This document shows, piece by piece, positions 11,366-24,243 of a DNA stretch of 37,761 bases. A program made the translations under genes and the position numbers. Numbering within the stretch: the first letter of the stretch is position 1; every line of letters begins with the position of its first letter. This DNA comes from Rhizaria sp. SCN 62-66 (taxonomy: Eukaryota). The stretch lies in contig MEDY01000303.1 in NCBI GenBank assembly GCA_001724265.1, forward strand, positions 1 through 37,761, given 5' to 3'. The notes under the pieces are model-generated. The model was not told the origin of the DNA. It saw only the letters and a program-made list of their open reading frames with translations, and did not search any database.

Positions 11366-12416
11366 GTCAGAAAAGAAAGAAAGAAAGAGAAATAACTCAA
11401 TTTTATGCAATTGATGTGTTTACCTGACTTCTTGAGGGACTGATGTCGTCGCTCGCGTGTTAAGGCATCGTTGGACACCTGCCACAACTAATGTCCGTCA
11501 CGAGCTGACTAGCACCTCGACTGGGTGATCATGAGAGTCAGGTTGACGAACTCAGAACAGCACTTCTCGTCTGTTATCCAGTCTTAGCACAAGGTGTGGT
11601 TGCATAGCACTACGTACGTGGCATCTGCGCTACATATGTTCCGACGCCAGCGTGCATCATACTTACATGTCGCACAGGTAAACACAAACTTCGCAAAACA
11701 AGAAGAAAAAAAGTTCTTTTAAGGGGGATATTTATTAAGTTACAGTTGAAAACAACAACAAAAGAACTCGGTGGTCTATTGACAAACTTAAACCAAATCA
11801 TAAAAACTTACCAATACATTCATACAAAGCTTTATTCAACCACATCTATGCGTGCTTACGTTCGGCACCGTAATACTTTAGTCACAGTCAGCGGCTTGCT
11901 TTTCCGGAGAGGACTCTGGGCCGCCGGTCGATTGAACCGAGGGAGATGAGGGGGATTGTGGGTTTTTATAAGTCCCCGTGCTTTTATCGCGTTGGGCATG
12001 CCTAAGACAGATATTTTTGTGTATATCTTTTGTTCGAGTATTCTCTTATTTTCGCTTTGTGCTGGCGAGTCGTTTACGTTGCCAAAACTGGGTTTTACAG
12101 AAACTGCGTACGGCACTGGGTTGAAGCTTCGCGCCTAGCGCCGAATGCATCTTCAAAACACACTCCCACGGCGTCATCTGACCGTGGCTGCGTGCCTAAC
12201 GTCCTTGCATGGCTTTGTTGGTCACTTGAAAGTATATCTCTTCTTTTTATTTTTCCATTTGGCTTCCTTCGTCGTTTGTGCTCCCTTTTCCTCCGTTCTC
12301 ACCAACTTCCCTCTTCTTCTCGGTCTCCTCCTTATCGGCTTTCGCTCCCGTCCTCCCATCTATCCCTGCTGCTGTTGATGGACCCACTCTCATTGACTTG
12401 TCTTTGTACCCGCTGA

Positions 12417-14881
<2,465 letters not shown>

Positions 14882-15452
14882 AGGGACAGGGTCGCGCTCT
14901 ATGACTGTGAGCAGGTGACTGTGAGCGACATGTTGCTTGTTGATGTGTGTGTGTTGAGGAGATGGAGTGATGGGGGAGCTGAGTCGACTAAATGATGACA
15001 GGCAAAGTAACAATGACTATTTTTCTGCGTGTGAAAATGGCCACTACTTTTATCATGATAAGTTGTATTCGCAAAAATACAAAGATATGTTTAACTCCGA
15101 TACATGTTCATCACACTCAAACGTCTCGATGTTTTGCTAACTAAAGACACTCGTCAAGACCACAATCGTATAACAATCTTCACTGCATCTTGGTTTCGCA
15201 CACTAACAAGATGTGAACGACTTCAAGCTTGAATATATTAATCACATTGTTGATTCTCATCGATATAACTGCTTATTAACGTATCAAATCACATACTGTA
15301 TTTAAAATCACTTAAACAAGTTGTTGGCATCAACTCGTCCACATACGGCAAACTTGACAAACCACAAAAATAGCAACACAAAAGCTCACATAGAGTTAAA
15401 ATACCATACTAAAACTATCGCTAATCGTTATAGAACTCGTAAATGCAACTTT

Positions 15453-15495
15453 TTAGTTGCGCGCGCCGCGTCTAGGACCGCTGTACGGGCCGCCC

Positions 15496-15566
<71 letters not shown>

Positions 15567-16309
15567 CTGTTGCTGCTGCTGTTGCTGCTGGCCCTGGTGG
15601 GGGCCCGGGGACCGATGCCGGTACTGGCCCTGCCCCGGCTGCGGCGAGTACAAGTGCTGCTGCTGCTGCTGCACGTGCGGGTGCGGCGCGTACTGCTGCT
15701 GCTGGTGCGGATACGGGGCGCTGGCGCCGCCGCCGTAGTACTGGTTGGCGGGATACACCGCGCTGCCTCCCGCGGTCGCGGCGCCGACGTTGGGCGAGCC
15801 GACCGGCACGGCCCCCATGGGCACGGCCCCGACCGGCACCGCACCGACCGGCACCGCGCCGACCGGCACGGCCCCGACTGGCACGGCCCCGACCGGCACC
15901 GCGCCGACCGGGACGGCACCGACGGGGACTGCGCCTGACGGCACGAAGCCGACCGGCAGCGGCACCACGCCGGGCGGCAGCCCGCCCGCGGCCACCGCGG
16001 CGGCGTGCGCGGCGTGCGCGTGGTGCGCCTGCGCCTGCGCTTGTGCGTGCGCAGCGTGCGCGTGTGCATGGGCCTGGGCCTGGGCGTGCGCGTGTGCGTG
16101 GGCAGCGGCGGCGCCGGCAGCGGCGGCAGCAGCGGCGTTCGGGGCATACGCGGGGTGACCGTGGGCAGCGGCCGGGTGACCGTGGTACGCGCCGTGCGGG
16201 GGGTACGCGTGTTGCTGCTGGGAGTGACCGTGAGCACCACTGGTACCGTTGGCAGAACCGGCGGCGGCGGGGGCAGCGGCGGCCGCGGCGGCGGCGCCCG
16301 CGACGACTG

Positions 16310-16343
<34 letters not shown>

Positions 16344-18626
16344 GGCGGTCGCAGGGTCGTAATGGGCTTGCTGGTGGTGCGCCTGCGTGCGCGAGTTGTG
16401 GTAGCCGCCACCGCCGTTGTAGCTGTTGTTAGGACCCTGGTGCTGGCGCTGCTGCGGCTGCTGGTGGTGGTACTGCTGCTGGGGCTGGTGGGGGGAGTAC
16501 TGGCTACCGGGGTAGCCGCCGCCGCTGGAGACCGGCGCTCCGCCCGCGGGCCCGCCAGCGCTGTAGCCGCCGTGGGGGCCGGCGTAAGGCCCGCTGCCGC
16601 CGCCGCTGTAGTGCTGGCCCTGGTAGTGACCGTGGGCCGCGGGGTGACCGTGGGTGCCGTGCCCGTGGCCGTGCCCGTGGCCATGCCCGTGGGCGGCGGC
16701 GGCGGGCGTGAAAGAGCCGCCGCCCGGCACGAAAGGCTTGGCCTTGGTGAGCAAGTCCTTCATGCTGCTGCCAGTACTCGTGGTGGTGCTGGCGGGGGTA
16801 CTCGTGGCCGCACTCGTGGCAGTGGTGGAACTGGCGGGAGCGGCGCTCGTGGTAGTCGCCGGAGTAGCAGCAGCAGCGGCGGGAGCAGCATGCGTGGCAG
16901 TGGCAGTGGCAGCGGTGCTCGTGGCGGTACTTGTGGGGGCACTCGCGGGGGCAGCGGCTCCGGGGGCGAAGGTGGCGCCAGGGATGAACGGAGCAGCCTT
17001 GGCCGAGGGGGCAACCAGAGTCGCACCGGCAGCCCCAGCAGCAGCTGCAGTGGCAGTGGGGGCCGTGCCGGTGGCCACAGCAGCCGCAAGCATTGCGGCC
17101 ACAGTGGTGTTAGCGTTCACATCATTATTGTTGTTGTTGTTGTCAGTGCTGCTGTTCACCGTGCGTGACGGCTTGACGGGAGGGCTAGACGCGGTGCTTG
17201 CCTTGTTGTTATTGATGTTGCCGTTGTTGCTGTTGTGGCCACCAGCGATGTTGCTCTTGCTGGTACGACCGTTGTGAGCAGCAGCAGCAGCACCAGGGGA
17301 GGTAACGGCGGCCTCTTTGTTGCGCATCGACGGCGGCACATACGCCTTGGGTCCATCCTTGACCGCAGTGGTGGTGTTGTTGTGCGAGTCGGTGAGAGTG
17401 GCCGAGGTGGCCGGGGGCGTCTTCCGCCAGTGATCATCATTCCTCGCGTGCGACTGCGAATGCTGCCCGCTGTTGGCGACCCGGCGGTTGGACACGGTTG
17501 AGAACAGCGCGTCCTCGTCCACCTCGTCGGGGTTCTCGACGTCGAATGCATCACCGCGGCCGTCGCCCCGGCGCACGTCACCGTTGCCGCCGCCGCTGCC
17601 GCTGCCGCCGCTGCGGCCGCTGGAACCGAACCGGGAGGACGAGGAGGAGAATGAGGCGCCGCCAGAGTTAAGGTCGCGCTCGATGGCGCGCGCGGAGGCG
17701 ATATTCTTGCGGTAGAACTCCGAGTTGGTGTCGAGCGCGGTCGAGTACCGGTTGATGTTGAACTCCTCGGTCTTAATCTTGGTGATGCGCTCGTTAGCGC
17801 GGAACTGGTCGAACTGCGTCTGCCCGCCGCTGCGCGAGATCTCTTCGTCCAGCCCCATCATCAGACCCCCACCGCCAACGCCGCCGACGCCGTTGCCGCC
17901 GTTGCCGTTGGCGAAGTCCCAGGTGTGAAGCTCGCGCTCCTGGAAGGTGGCAGTGCTGATTTCGCTGTCGGTGAAACCGGTAATTTGGGCGGAGCCGGCG
18001 CGCGCCGTGAGCGCGAGCGCGTTGACCACGTGCGCAGGCGGCAGCACACGCAGCGCGGCAATGTCCGCGCTTGCAAAGGTCATGCTGTCGGTAAAGGGCT
18101 GGATGGACTTGGGGAAGACGAGGCGAGTGAGCGAGGTGATCTCGGCCGCGCGCTCGGGGTCCTGCTCCTGCACGAACGCCAGAGTCACATGGTACGCCGG
18201 GCCCGTTGTCACAGCGGTTGCAGTCGCGGCGGCGGACTCGTCGAACTCGACCGCGTCGAGCATGCCCTCGAAGACGCGCCCGTCGCGGTGCGCCAAAAGC
18301 GCGATCTCGCCGCGCATGTTAGCGAAGATTAGCTTGGCCACGCTCGTGACGACTGTGGGCGAGACGGCTGAGTTGGAGAACGACAGCGAAGGCTCCGACG
18401 TGAGGCCCAGGGCGTCAAACGCGACGTCCTCGCCCTCATCGTCGAACGCCACGGGCGCAGTCGCGGCGGGCGCGGTTGCGGCGGTGGGGGCGGCCGAGGC
18501 AGTGGAGGCAGCGGGGTACTTCGCGGGACTCTTGGCCGCGGGGGTCTTGGTCGCAGCCGCGGCGTCGGCTTGCAGAGACTGCTTCAGGAAAGAGCCCGAC
18601 CAGGCGCCCTTGTTGTTGGCGGCCAT
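15453..18626 (-). CDS. ATXN2: Ataxin-2/Pbp1 family protein (Lsm + LsmAD, PAM2-like motifs, low-complexity C-terminus), 1057 aa
   Basis: Lsm-like LIFANMRGEIALLAHRDGRVFEGML; GFTDSEIS..ERELHTW; LsmAD FDQFRANERITKIKTEEFNINRYSTALD..ARAIER and DEDALFSTV; PAM2-like AKAAPFIPG and AKPFVPG; polyQ near the C-terminus. Confidence 0.85.
15498..15590 (-). repeat. CAG/polyQ tract (Q9-H-Q21), including a pure (CAG)21 at 15498-15560
   Basis: Uninterrupted (CTG)21 on the + strand, then GTG and nine CTG/TTG triplets, in frame within the ATXN2 ORF. Confidence 0.95.
15801..15935 (-). repeat. 15-bp coding tandem repeat encoding nine GAVPV/GAVPM pentapeptides
   Basis: Translation (GAVPV)7-GAVPM-GAVPV, with synonymous variation between units. 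Confidence 0.93.
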
Positions 18627-19494
18627 ACTGTCGCGGTCTCACTGTGCCGCGGCGAGAGGCGTGAGGAGAGGTAAGCAGCCACGGGCAGAGGGCGTGCAGA
18701 TGAGAACAAAGGAAGCAGAAAAGTGAGCCCAAATACGAGTTGTAACAAAAAAGTCGGAAATATGTAAATAGCGACAAGCGGCTTCCTATAACGGATTTTG
18801 GATAATGAAACGATTGTCACAAAATATCGGCGCGGACCGAACAAGATTCGCATTTGGCCCGACACTGGACCGAAAAAAATGTGATCGATCGTCGTCGAGC
18901 GATGGGTCTCAAAAGACCACATTTTAAGCGACTTGTATATACTGCGTGTATCCGTCATTAGGAGTGCCACAACTGTGTACTGCTACTGCATGAGCGCCAA
19001 CGTACTATGTATTTGGGGCGCACGTGTATTATGACTATATTCTAGTCAAATCAGTCCTTTCGCGAAATACTTTACGACTGTCATTAACACCTAATTCCCC
19101 GATTCACGTTTCGCGCTATAGAGCATATCTAATATTGTCTGATCGCATCATCAGCATGGGGACAAAAAGCTCACTATTTGATTTTTTTGGTGTGTTGCCT
19201 CTACTTCTAACCTCTGTGAGCTTAGTGCGCGCAGTGCGTGTCACTCGCACCCTCCCCTCACAACAAGCCTCTACCACCTGCGGCTTATTTGCACTTGAAC
19301 ACACACGGCAGTCGACAACAAGGGTTTGAAGCGACAAAACCTCGTGTGCAGCTTGTTTGTCTGCTTGAGAACTTTTTTATAGCGCATACCATTCGCGCAA
19401 ACGCATATTTTTTTTTAACTTAAGCTTCATCTCGCAACAGCCACATAACACATTGCAACAGCGATTGTCTCTTTGCTGCTTCAAGATAACCAGG

Positions 19495-21477
19495 ATGGGT
19501 TTCTTCAGCCGCTTTCTCGAGTTTTACTCGACTTTTTCGATCCTGGTGGGCGCTCCCGCTCTCTGCGTGGCGGCCCTGGCGACTCTGATGCGCGTCCCAT
19601 TCGCCCCGCCGCGCGTCGTGAGATGGGGCCGCTACACGCTCGGCGCCTACCTGCTCTGGATGCTGCTGCTCGACCGGCACACGCCAGTCCGCGGCGGCCG
19701 CCGGCGCCCGTTTCTGCGTTCGCTGTGCTTGTGGCGGTATATGCGCCGCTACTTCTCGGCGCATTTGGTCAAGGATAGCGGCGACCCGGACCCCAAGGGC
19801 CGATACCTGATCGCCATCCACCCGCACGGCATCGTGTCCTTCGGCACTTTCTGCAACCTGGTCGGCAACCCCGTGCACGCCTTCCCGGGGCTCGACTACC
19901 GCGTGGTGACCGTGAGCGCCAACTTCCTAGTGCCCATCTGGCGCGAGCTCATCCTGGGGCTCGGTTTCGCCGACGCGGACCGCAGCAGCGTGCGCGGCAT
20001 GCTAGAGTCAAACATCAGCGTCGGCATCGTTGTCGGCGGCGCGGCCGAGAGCCTCGAGTCGCGCCCGGGTGTCAACGACCTTACTCTTAACCGCCGCTAC
20101 GGCTTCATTCGCCTCGCGATGGAGACTGGGGCGTCGTTGATCCCCGTATTCACATACGGTGAAACGGATCTGTTCGCGCAGGCAGTGCCGAACCCTCAGG
20201 GATCGATCGTGCGCCGCTTCCAGAACGGACTGATGCGCATGTTCGGCTTCACGGTGCCCGCCATCTACGGCCGCACCATCGGACTGGGCATCATGCCCTT
20301 CCGCCGGCGCCTGCTCACGGTCATCGGCGCACCCATCCCGTCGCCGCTGTGCCCGACGCCGACGCTGGAGCAGGTCCAGGCCCACCACGCGCGCTACGTC
20401 GCTGCGCTGCATGCGCTCTACAACAAGTACCGGCCGCTGGCGCACGCGCTGGGTGTGCCCGCGCCCGAGCTGCGCATCACGGACCGGCCGCCCGGCGAGC
20501 GCGAACTGGACCGGATCCGCGCCGACCTGCAACGCCGGCAGCTGCACGCCGAGTCGCTCGCCAAGGGCCGTGGCGTCGACGTCACCGATGAGCGCTTCCG
20601 GTTCCGCGCATACGGACTGCCGGACGAGTTCGCGGCGGCCAAGGGACTGCGCCAGGCAGTCGGGTGGGAGGAGGAGCAAGACCTCGTCGCAGCCGCTGAG
20701 TCTGCAATCGCTGAGTCAGCAGTTGCTGAGTCAGCCGCGGGTGGCGAGTCTGCCAACGCGGCAAATGCGGCGCAATCTGCCAGTGCGGCGCAATCTGCGC
20801 CGGGTGGTGCCTCCTCCTCCGGCCTCATCTCTGTGATCAAATCTGATTCACAGTCGTCAGGCGCCACTGCGACGTCTGCGTCAGCGCATGTGCCCGGCAC
20901 TCAGGCGCCTGCCCTGGCTGCGGCGTGGGCACAGGGCTGGGACGGGCACCGCGAGGGCGGCGGCGGCGCGGCGGGCGCGGCGGCGGGGGCGCGCTCCGCC
21001 GCCGAGGCTGCGGCGCGCGAGGCCCGGGCGCTGGGCGCCAGCGAGACCGACGTGAACAGCATTCGCGAGAATAACTTTATCGGCGGCGGTGGCGGTGGTG
21101 ACGGGGGCGGCGGCGTGGCGGTGTCGCCGGAGGCGGCGTACTTAGACGGCGGCGCGACCGCGAGTGCGGGCAGACTAGCCAGCGGACTGGCCAGCGGCGG
21201 CGACGACAGCGGTGCCCTGGCGAGTGCAATTGCGGGTGTGGGCGACGTCGGCGACAGCGCTGGCGGCGATGCTGGGGCTACTGGTGATCAACAAACCTTG
21301 ACCTCTGCTGCAGGTGACAAGGGCGGCAACAACAGCAGCAACAATGGCAACTTTAACAATAACAACACTGTGATGGACCGTGAGGATGAGTGCGGGCTGG
21401 ATAGTGTCGCAAAAACCACACAACAACAGCAACAGCAACAGGAACCGCGGTCGCCTCTGTTGAAGGCTCAGTTGTGA
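19495..21477 (+). CDS. DGAT2: Diacylglycerol O-acyltransferase 2 (DGAT2/MOGAT family) with a long low-complexity C-terminal extension, ~660 aa
   Basis: N-terminal hydrophobic segments, RRYFS, HPHG catalytic motif, VVGGAAESL, RRYGFIRLAMETGASLIPVFTYGETDLF, VIGAPI. ATG at 19495 is preferred over the TTG at 19453. Ends in TGA. Confidence 0.92.
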   Translation: MGFFSRFLEFYSTFSILVGAPALCVAALATLMRVPFAPPRVVRWGRYTLGAYLLWMLLLDRHTPVRGGRRRPFLRSLCLWRYMRRYFSAHLVKDSGDPDPKGRYLIAIHPHGIVSFGTFCNLVGNPVHAFPGLDYRVVTVSANFLVPIWRELILGLGFADADRSSVRGMLESNISVGIVVGGAAESLESRPGVNDLTLNRRYGFIRLAMETGASLIPVFTYGETDLFAQAVPNPQGSIVRRFQNGLMRMFGFTVPAIYGRTIGLGIMPFRRRLLTVIGAPIPSPLCPTPTLEQVQAHHARYVAALHALYNKYRPLAHALGVPAPELRITDRPPGERELDRIRADLQRRQLHAESLAKGRGVDVTDERFRFRAYGLPDEFAAAKGLRQAVGWEEEQDLVAAAESAIAESAVAESAAGGESANAANAAQSASAAQSAPGGASSSGLISVIKSDSQSSGATATSASAHVPGTQAPALAAAWAQGWDGHREGGGGAAGAAAGARSAAEAAAREARALGASETDVNSIRENNFIGGGGGGDGGGGVAVSPEAAYLDGGATASAGRLASGLASGGDDSGALASAIAGVGDVGDSAGGDAGATGDQQTLTSAAGDKGGNNSSNNGNFNNNNTVMDREDECGLDSVAKTTQQQQQQQEPRSPLLKAQL

Positions 21478-22138
21478 CTGTGAGTTAGCTCGCATGCGCA
21501 GTAGCCGTTCCGTCTGGGAGACTGTGTATCAAGAGTTAATACCGTTTATCTGTGTGTGCTGCAAGCTATGGTCAGGTGTTGAGTGTATAGTTAATGTGAA
21601 CACCGTTTGAGCATCGAAGCGCACAACTACATTTATATATAGTTTTTGTTTTTCTCGTGATCTATTTATTTAGTTTTTGCTTTTGTCAGAAATACACTTG
21701 CGTATTCCAACTATCCATTTGACGTTTGATGCAAGTTATACCGCTTGATATATTGATCTCTGCGCCATGTTGTTTGCTCGAGTAGTCAGAAAATAATGTT
21801 TGTGCTGTATTGGTTTACAACAAATCCTTCATGCGAAAAGCAATAAAGAAGCCATGGGCTGCAAGTACGCGTAAACGATGCGCGCTTTGCGGAGTTAAGA
21901 GTAGTGGGGTGAAAAATAGGGTATACTAGATAGGGTTGGGGCGAAGTGTGGACTCGCAGGTGGTGAATGACACGTGTACGACAAATGGCACAAATCTATA
22001 GCGCAGCAGCTCACAGAGAGCTTATCTCATCTCTTAGTCGTCAACAACAGGTGGTTAACCAAACGAGAGTGCTGGAGAGAGTGTGCCTGTGCTTGTCGAG
22101 CAGTTTACAGCTAAGGCAGAGGTGCTGTACAGGCGCGC

Positions 22139-22600
22139 TTAGTCAGACTCGTCCTCAAAGAGCGTCTCCTCGCGCTCGCACTGACCGAAGCCGTGGCGCG
22201 AGGCGCAGACGAAGCAAAAGGGGTATTTCTTGTCGCCGGGCAGCACGCGCGCGTTCTTGCCCTGGCCGGTCGGCACGACGTGGCTCGCGGGCGTCACGGA
22301 CACGCCCTTGCCCGCCGCGGGGGCGCCGGCGCCGGGCCCGTTGGCAAGCTCCTGGCCCTCGCCGTCGGTGGCGGGGGCGGCGGACTCGCGCTCGGCCTCG
22401 GCGGCGAGCGCGTCGTTGATGAGCGTGCGCATCGCGGGCGGCACCAGCTGGCCGTCCATGTGCGCCGCGATGTCGTCGGGGCGGGTCGAGGCAGGGCCGT
22501 CGCAGTCGCCGCCGACGGGCAAGGTCGAATCGGTGGTGGTCGGCTGGGTCGTCGTGTCGTCGTCGTCGTCGAAGCTGGGGACTGTGAAGGGGGCGGACAT
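22139..22600 (-). CDS. Small hypothetical protein (153 aa) with a C-terminal CCHC zinc-knuckle-like motif
   Basis: GC-rich ORF in AT-richer flanks. ATG at 22600 follows an acceptor-like GCAG. C-terminal CFVCASRHGFGQC fits C-x2-C-x3-H-x4-C. Ends in TAA. Confidence 0.7.
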   Translation of the reverse strand: MSAPFTVPSFDDDDDTTTQPTTTDSTLPVGGDCDGPASTRPDDIAAHMDGQLVPPAMRTLINDALAAEAERESAAPATDGEGQELANGPGAGAPAAGKGVSVTPASHVVPTGQGKNARVLPGDKKYPFCFVCASRHGFGQCEREETLFEDESD

Positions 22601-23003
22601 GGGCGACGCTGCGGCGAGCAAAGCGTGGGTGGGATACACGGGTTTGAGTGTGTGTGGAATGAGACAGTGAGTTATGATAGTGTAATATAGTGAATAAATA
22701 TGTTTCGCATCATAATATCTAATATGGTCGTGGTGTAAGTGGTGACGGTCATTTGGTGGTGAACTACTCAGTGCAAGATCACTCTCTCGAGCGCTCTGTC
22801 AGAAGCCCACTCTCAGCAAGTCAGTCCAGATCGAGAGAAACCAACGTGTATCTCACACTAGCGCGAATCTCATGTCATGTTGCTAGTAGAAAGCGTATTT
22901 TCTTGCGCGTATGTATATTGTATTATCATTAGTCATTCTAAATCCTTTGTATTCCTTGCTCACCACCTTTCTGCCTGTCACCTCCCGTTCAGTCCAACGC
23001 TTC

Positions 23004-23973
23004 ATGATCCGCGTCGGCCGTGGCGTTGAGACCTCTGGTCGCGCCCCTCAGCTCGACGTCGTCGTCCTCGGCTCGCACCAATGGTACGTTATCTCGACAT
23101 AGTGATTATGTATCCCTTAACTATTTGTTATATCTCAAATTCGACATCTCAGTCATCGTATCTGTCGTTACGCCTTCGACTCCACCCTTTCCTTCGCGCT
23201 CTCACCGCCACTCACTGCTTCTTATCCAATCTCTGTCATCATTCCCAATCTTTAGCGGCAAGTCTTCTCTTGTGCGTCGCCTGCTCACCAGTCAGCTCCC
23301 GCTCACCGCCGCCTCAGCAGCCCCCGCCTCCTCCTACAGCCTCGGCAGCACTGCCAACTCTAGTGGCAGCGGCAGCGCCAGCGCCGCTGGCGACGGCGTC
23401 ACCCCCACGCTCGGCGTCGACATGTTCACGCTCGAGCAGACCGTTGACGGCGCGCGCCGCACGCTGTGCCTCTGGGACTGCGCTGGACAAGAGCGTCTGA
23501 GGCCCATTGTGCAGCAGGTGCTGCCCCACGCCAAGGTACGCACAAACACGCTAAATGACACATTATACACCATAAATATGTGTAAATCAACATGAATTTT
23601 GATATCATTTGGATGGTAAGCTAACCGTGCTGTATTTGTGTGTATCCGATGCTTTCTCATATTTGTCGTGACTTTATAGATTGCTTTGTTGGTATACGAC
23701 CCCACTTCCTAGAGCTCTTTCCTGGAGCTGCTCTACTGGCGCAACGAGTGCGTGCGCCTCTGCCCCGAAGCGCGGCTCTTGCTGGTGGCCACGCGCGCGG
23801 ACCAGGCCGAGGTGGCCACGGTCACTGCGGCTGCGGGCCACGCGCAGGGCCGCGAGTGGGGCGCCGCGGGGCACCTCACCGCATCTGCTGCGACTGGGCT
23901 GGGCGTGGCCGCAGTGGTCTCGGCCATGATCGACGCCGATAGCGGTGACTTCAGCGGCGATAACGACGCTTGA
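23004..23973 (+). CDS. Divergent Rab-like small GTPase, 3 exons, 217 aa, with an in-frame TAG at 23710-23712
   Basis: Exons 23004-23083, 23256-23535, 23680-23973. Spliced motifs: VVVLGSHQCGKSSL (G1), PTLGVD (G2), LWDCAGQERLRPI (G3), IALLVYDPTS*SSFLELLYW (beta4-alpha3), LLLVATRAD (G4-like), TASAATG (G5-like). Ends in TGA. Confidence 0.85.
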
Positions 23974-24243
23974 ACGGTGTTGTGATATCTCTGTCTATTC
24001 TGTTACATAGTTTGTCAATAATGAGTGTGCCCCATTCAAGAGCGCAATAATACAAGGCCAGTCATCTTTCGAGAGCTTGATTAAAAGACGTGATCGATGT
24101 TCGAAACTTGGAACGATTAACAAAATATTATGTAAAATAATTACGAAAAAACGTGTATTGGCTTTTAAAATACACACTATCAGCTATAGAGGTTATATCA
24201 CTCCATTAAGTCAACATTTTCGTTTTCGTGTCATGATCCGCAT

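Noticed and set aside
11659-11672. ATACTTACATG resembling the U1 snRNA 5' end
   Set aside because: It mismatches ATACTTACCTG, and no U1 stem-loops follow.
11940-12030. Possible structured ncRNA (GGGGAT..AGTCCCC hairpin, AAGTCCCCG as in RNase MRP, Sm-like ATTTTTG)
   Set aside because: No complementary P4 partner (GGGGCT) downstream and no other snRNA hallmarks, so support is insufficient without a covariance-model search.
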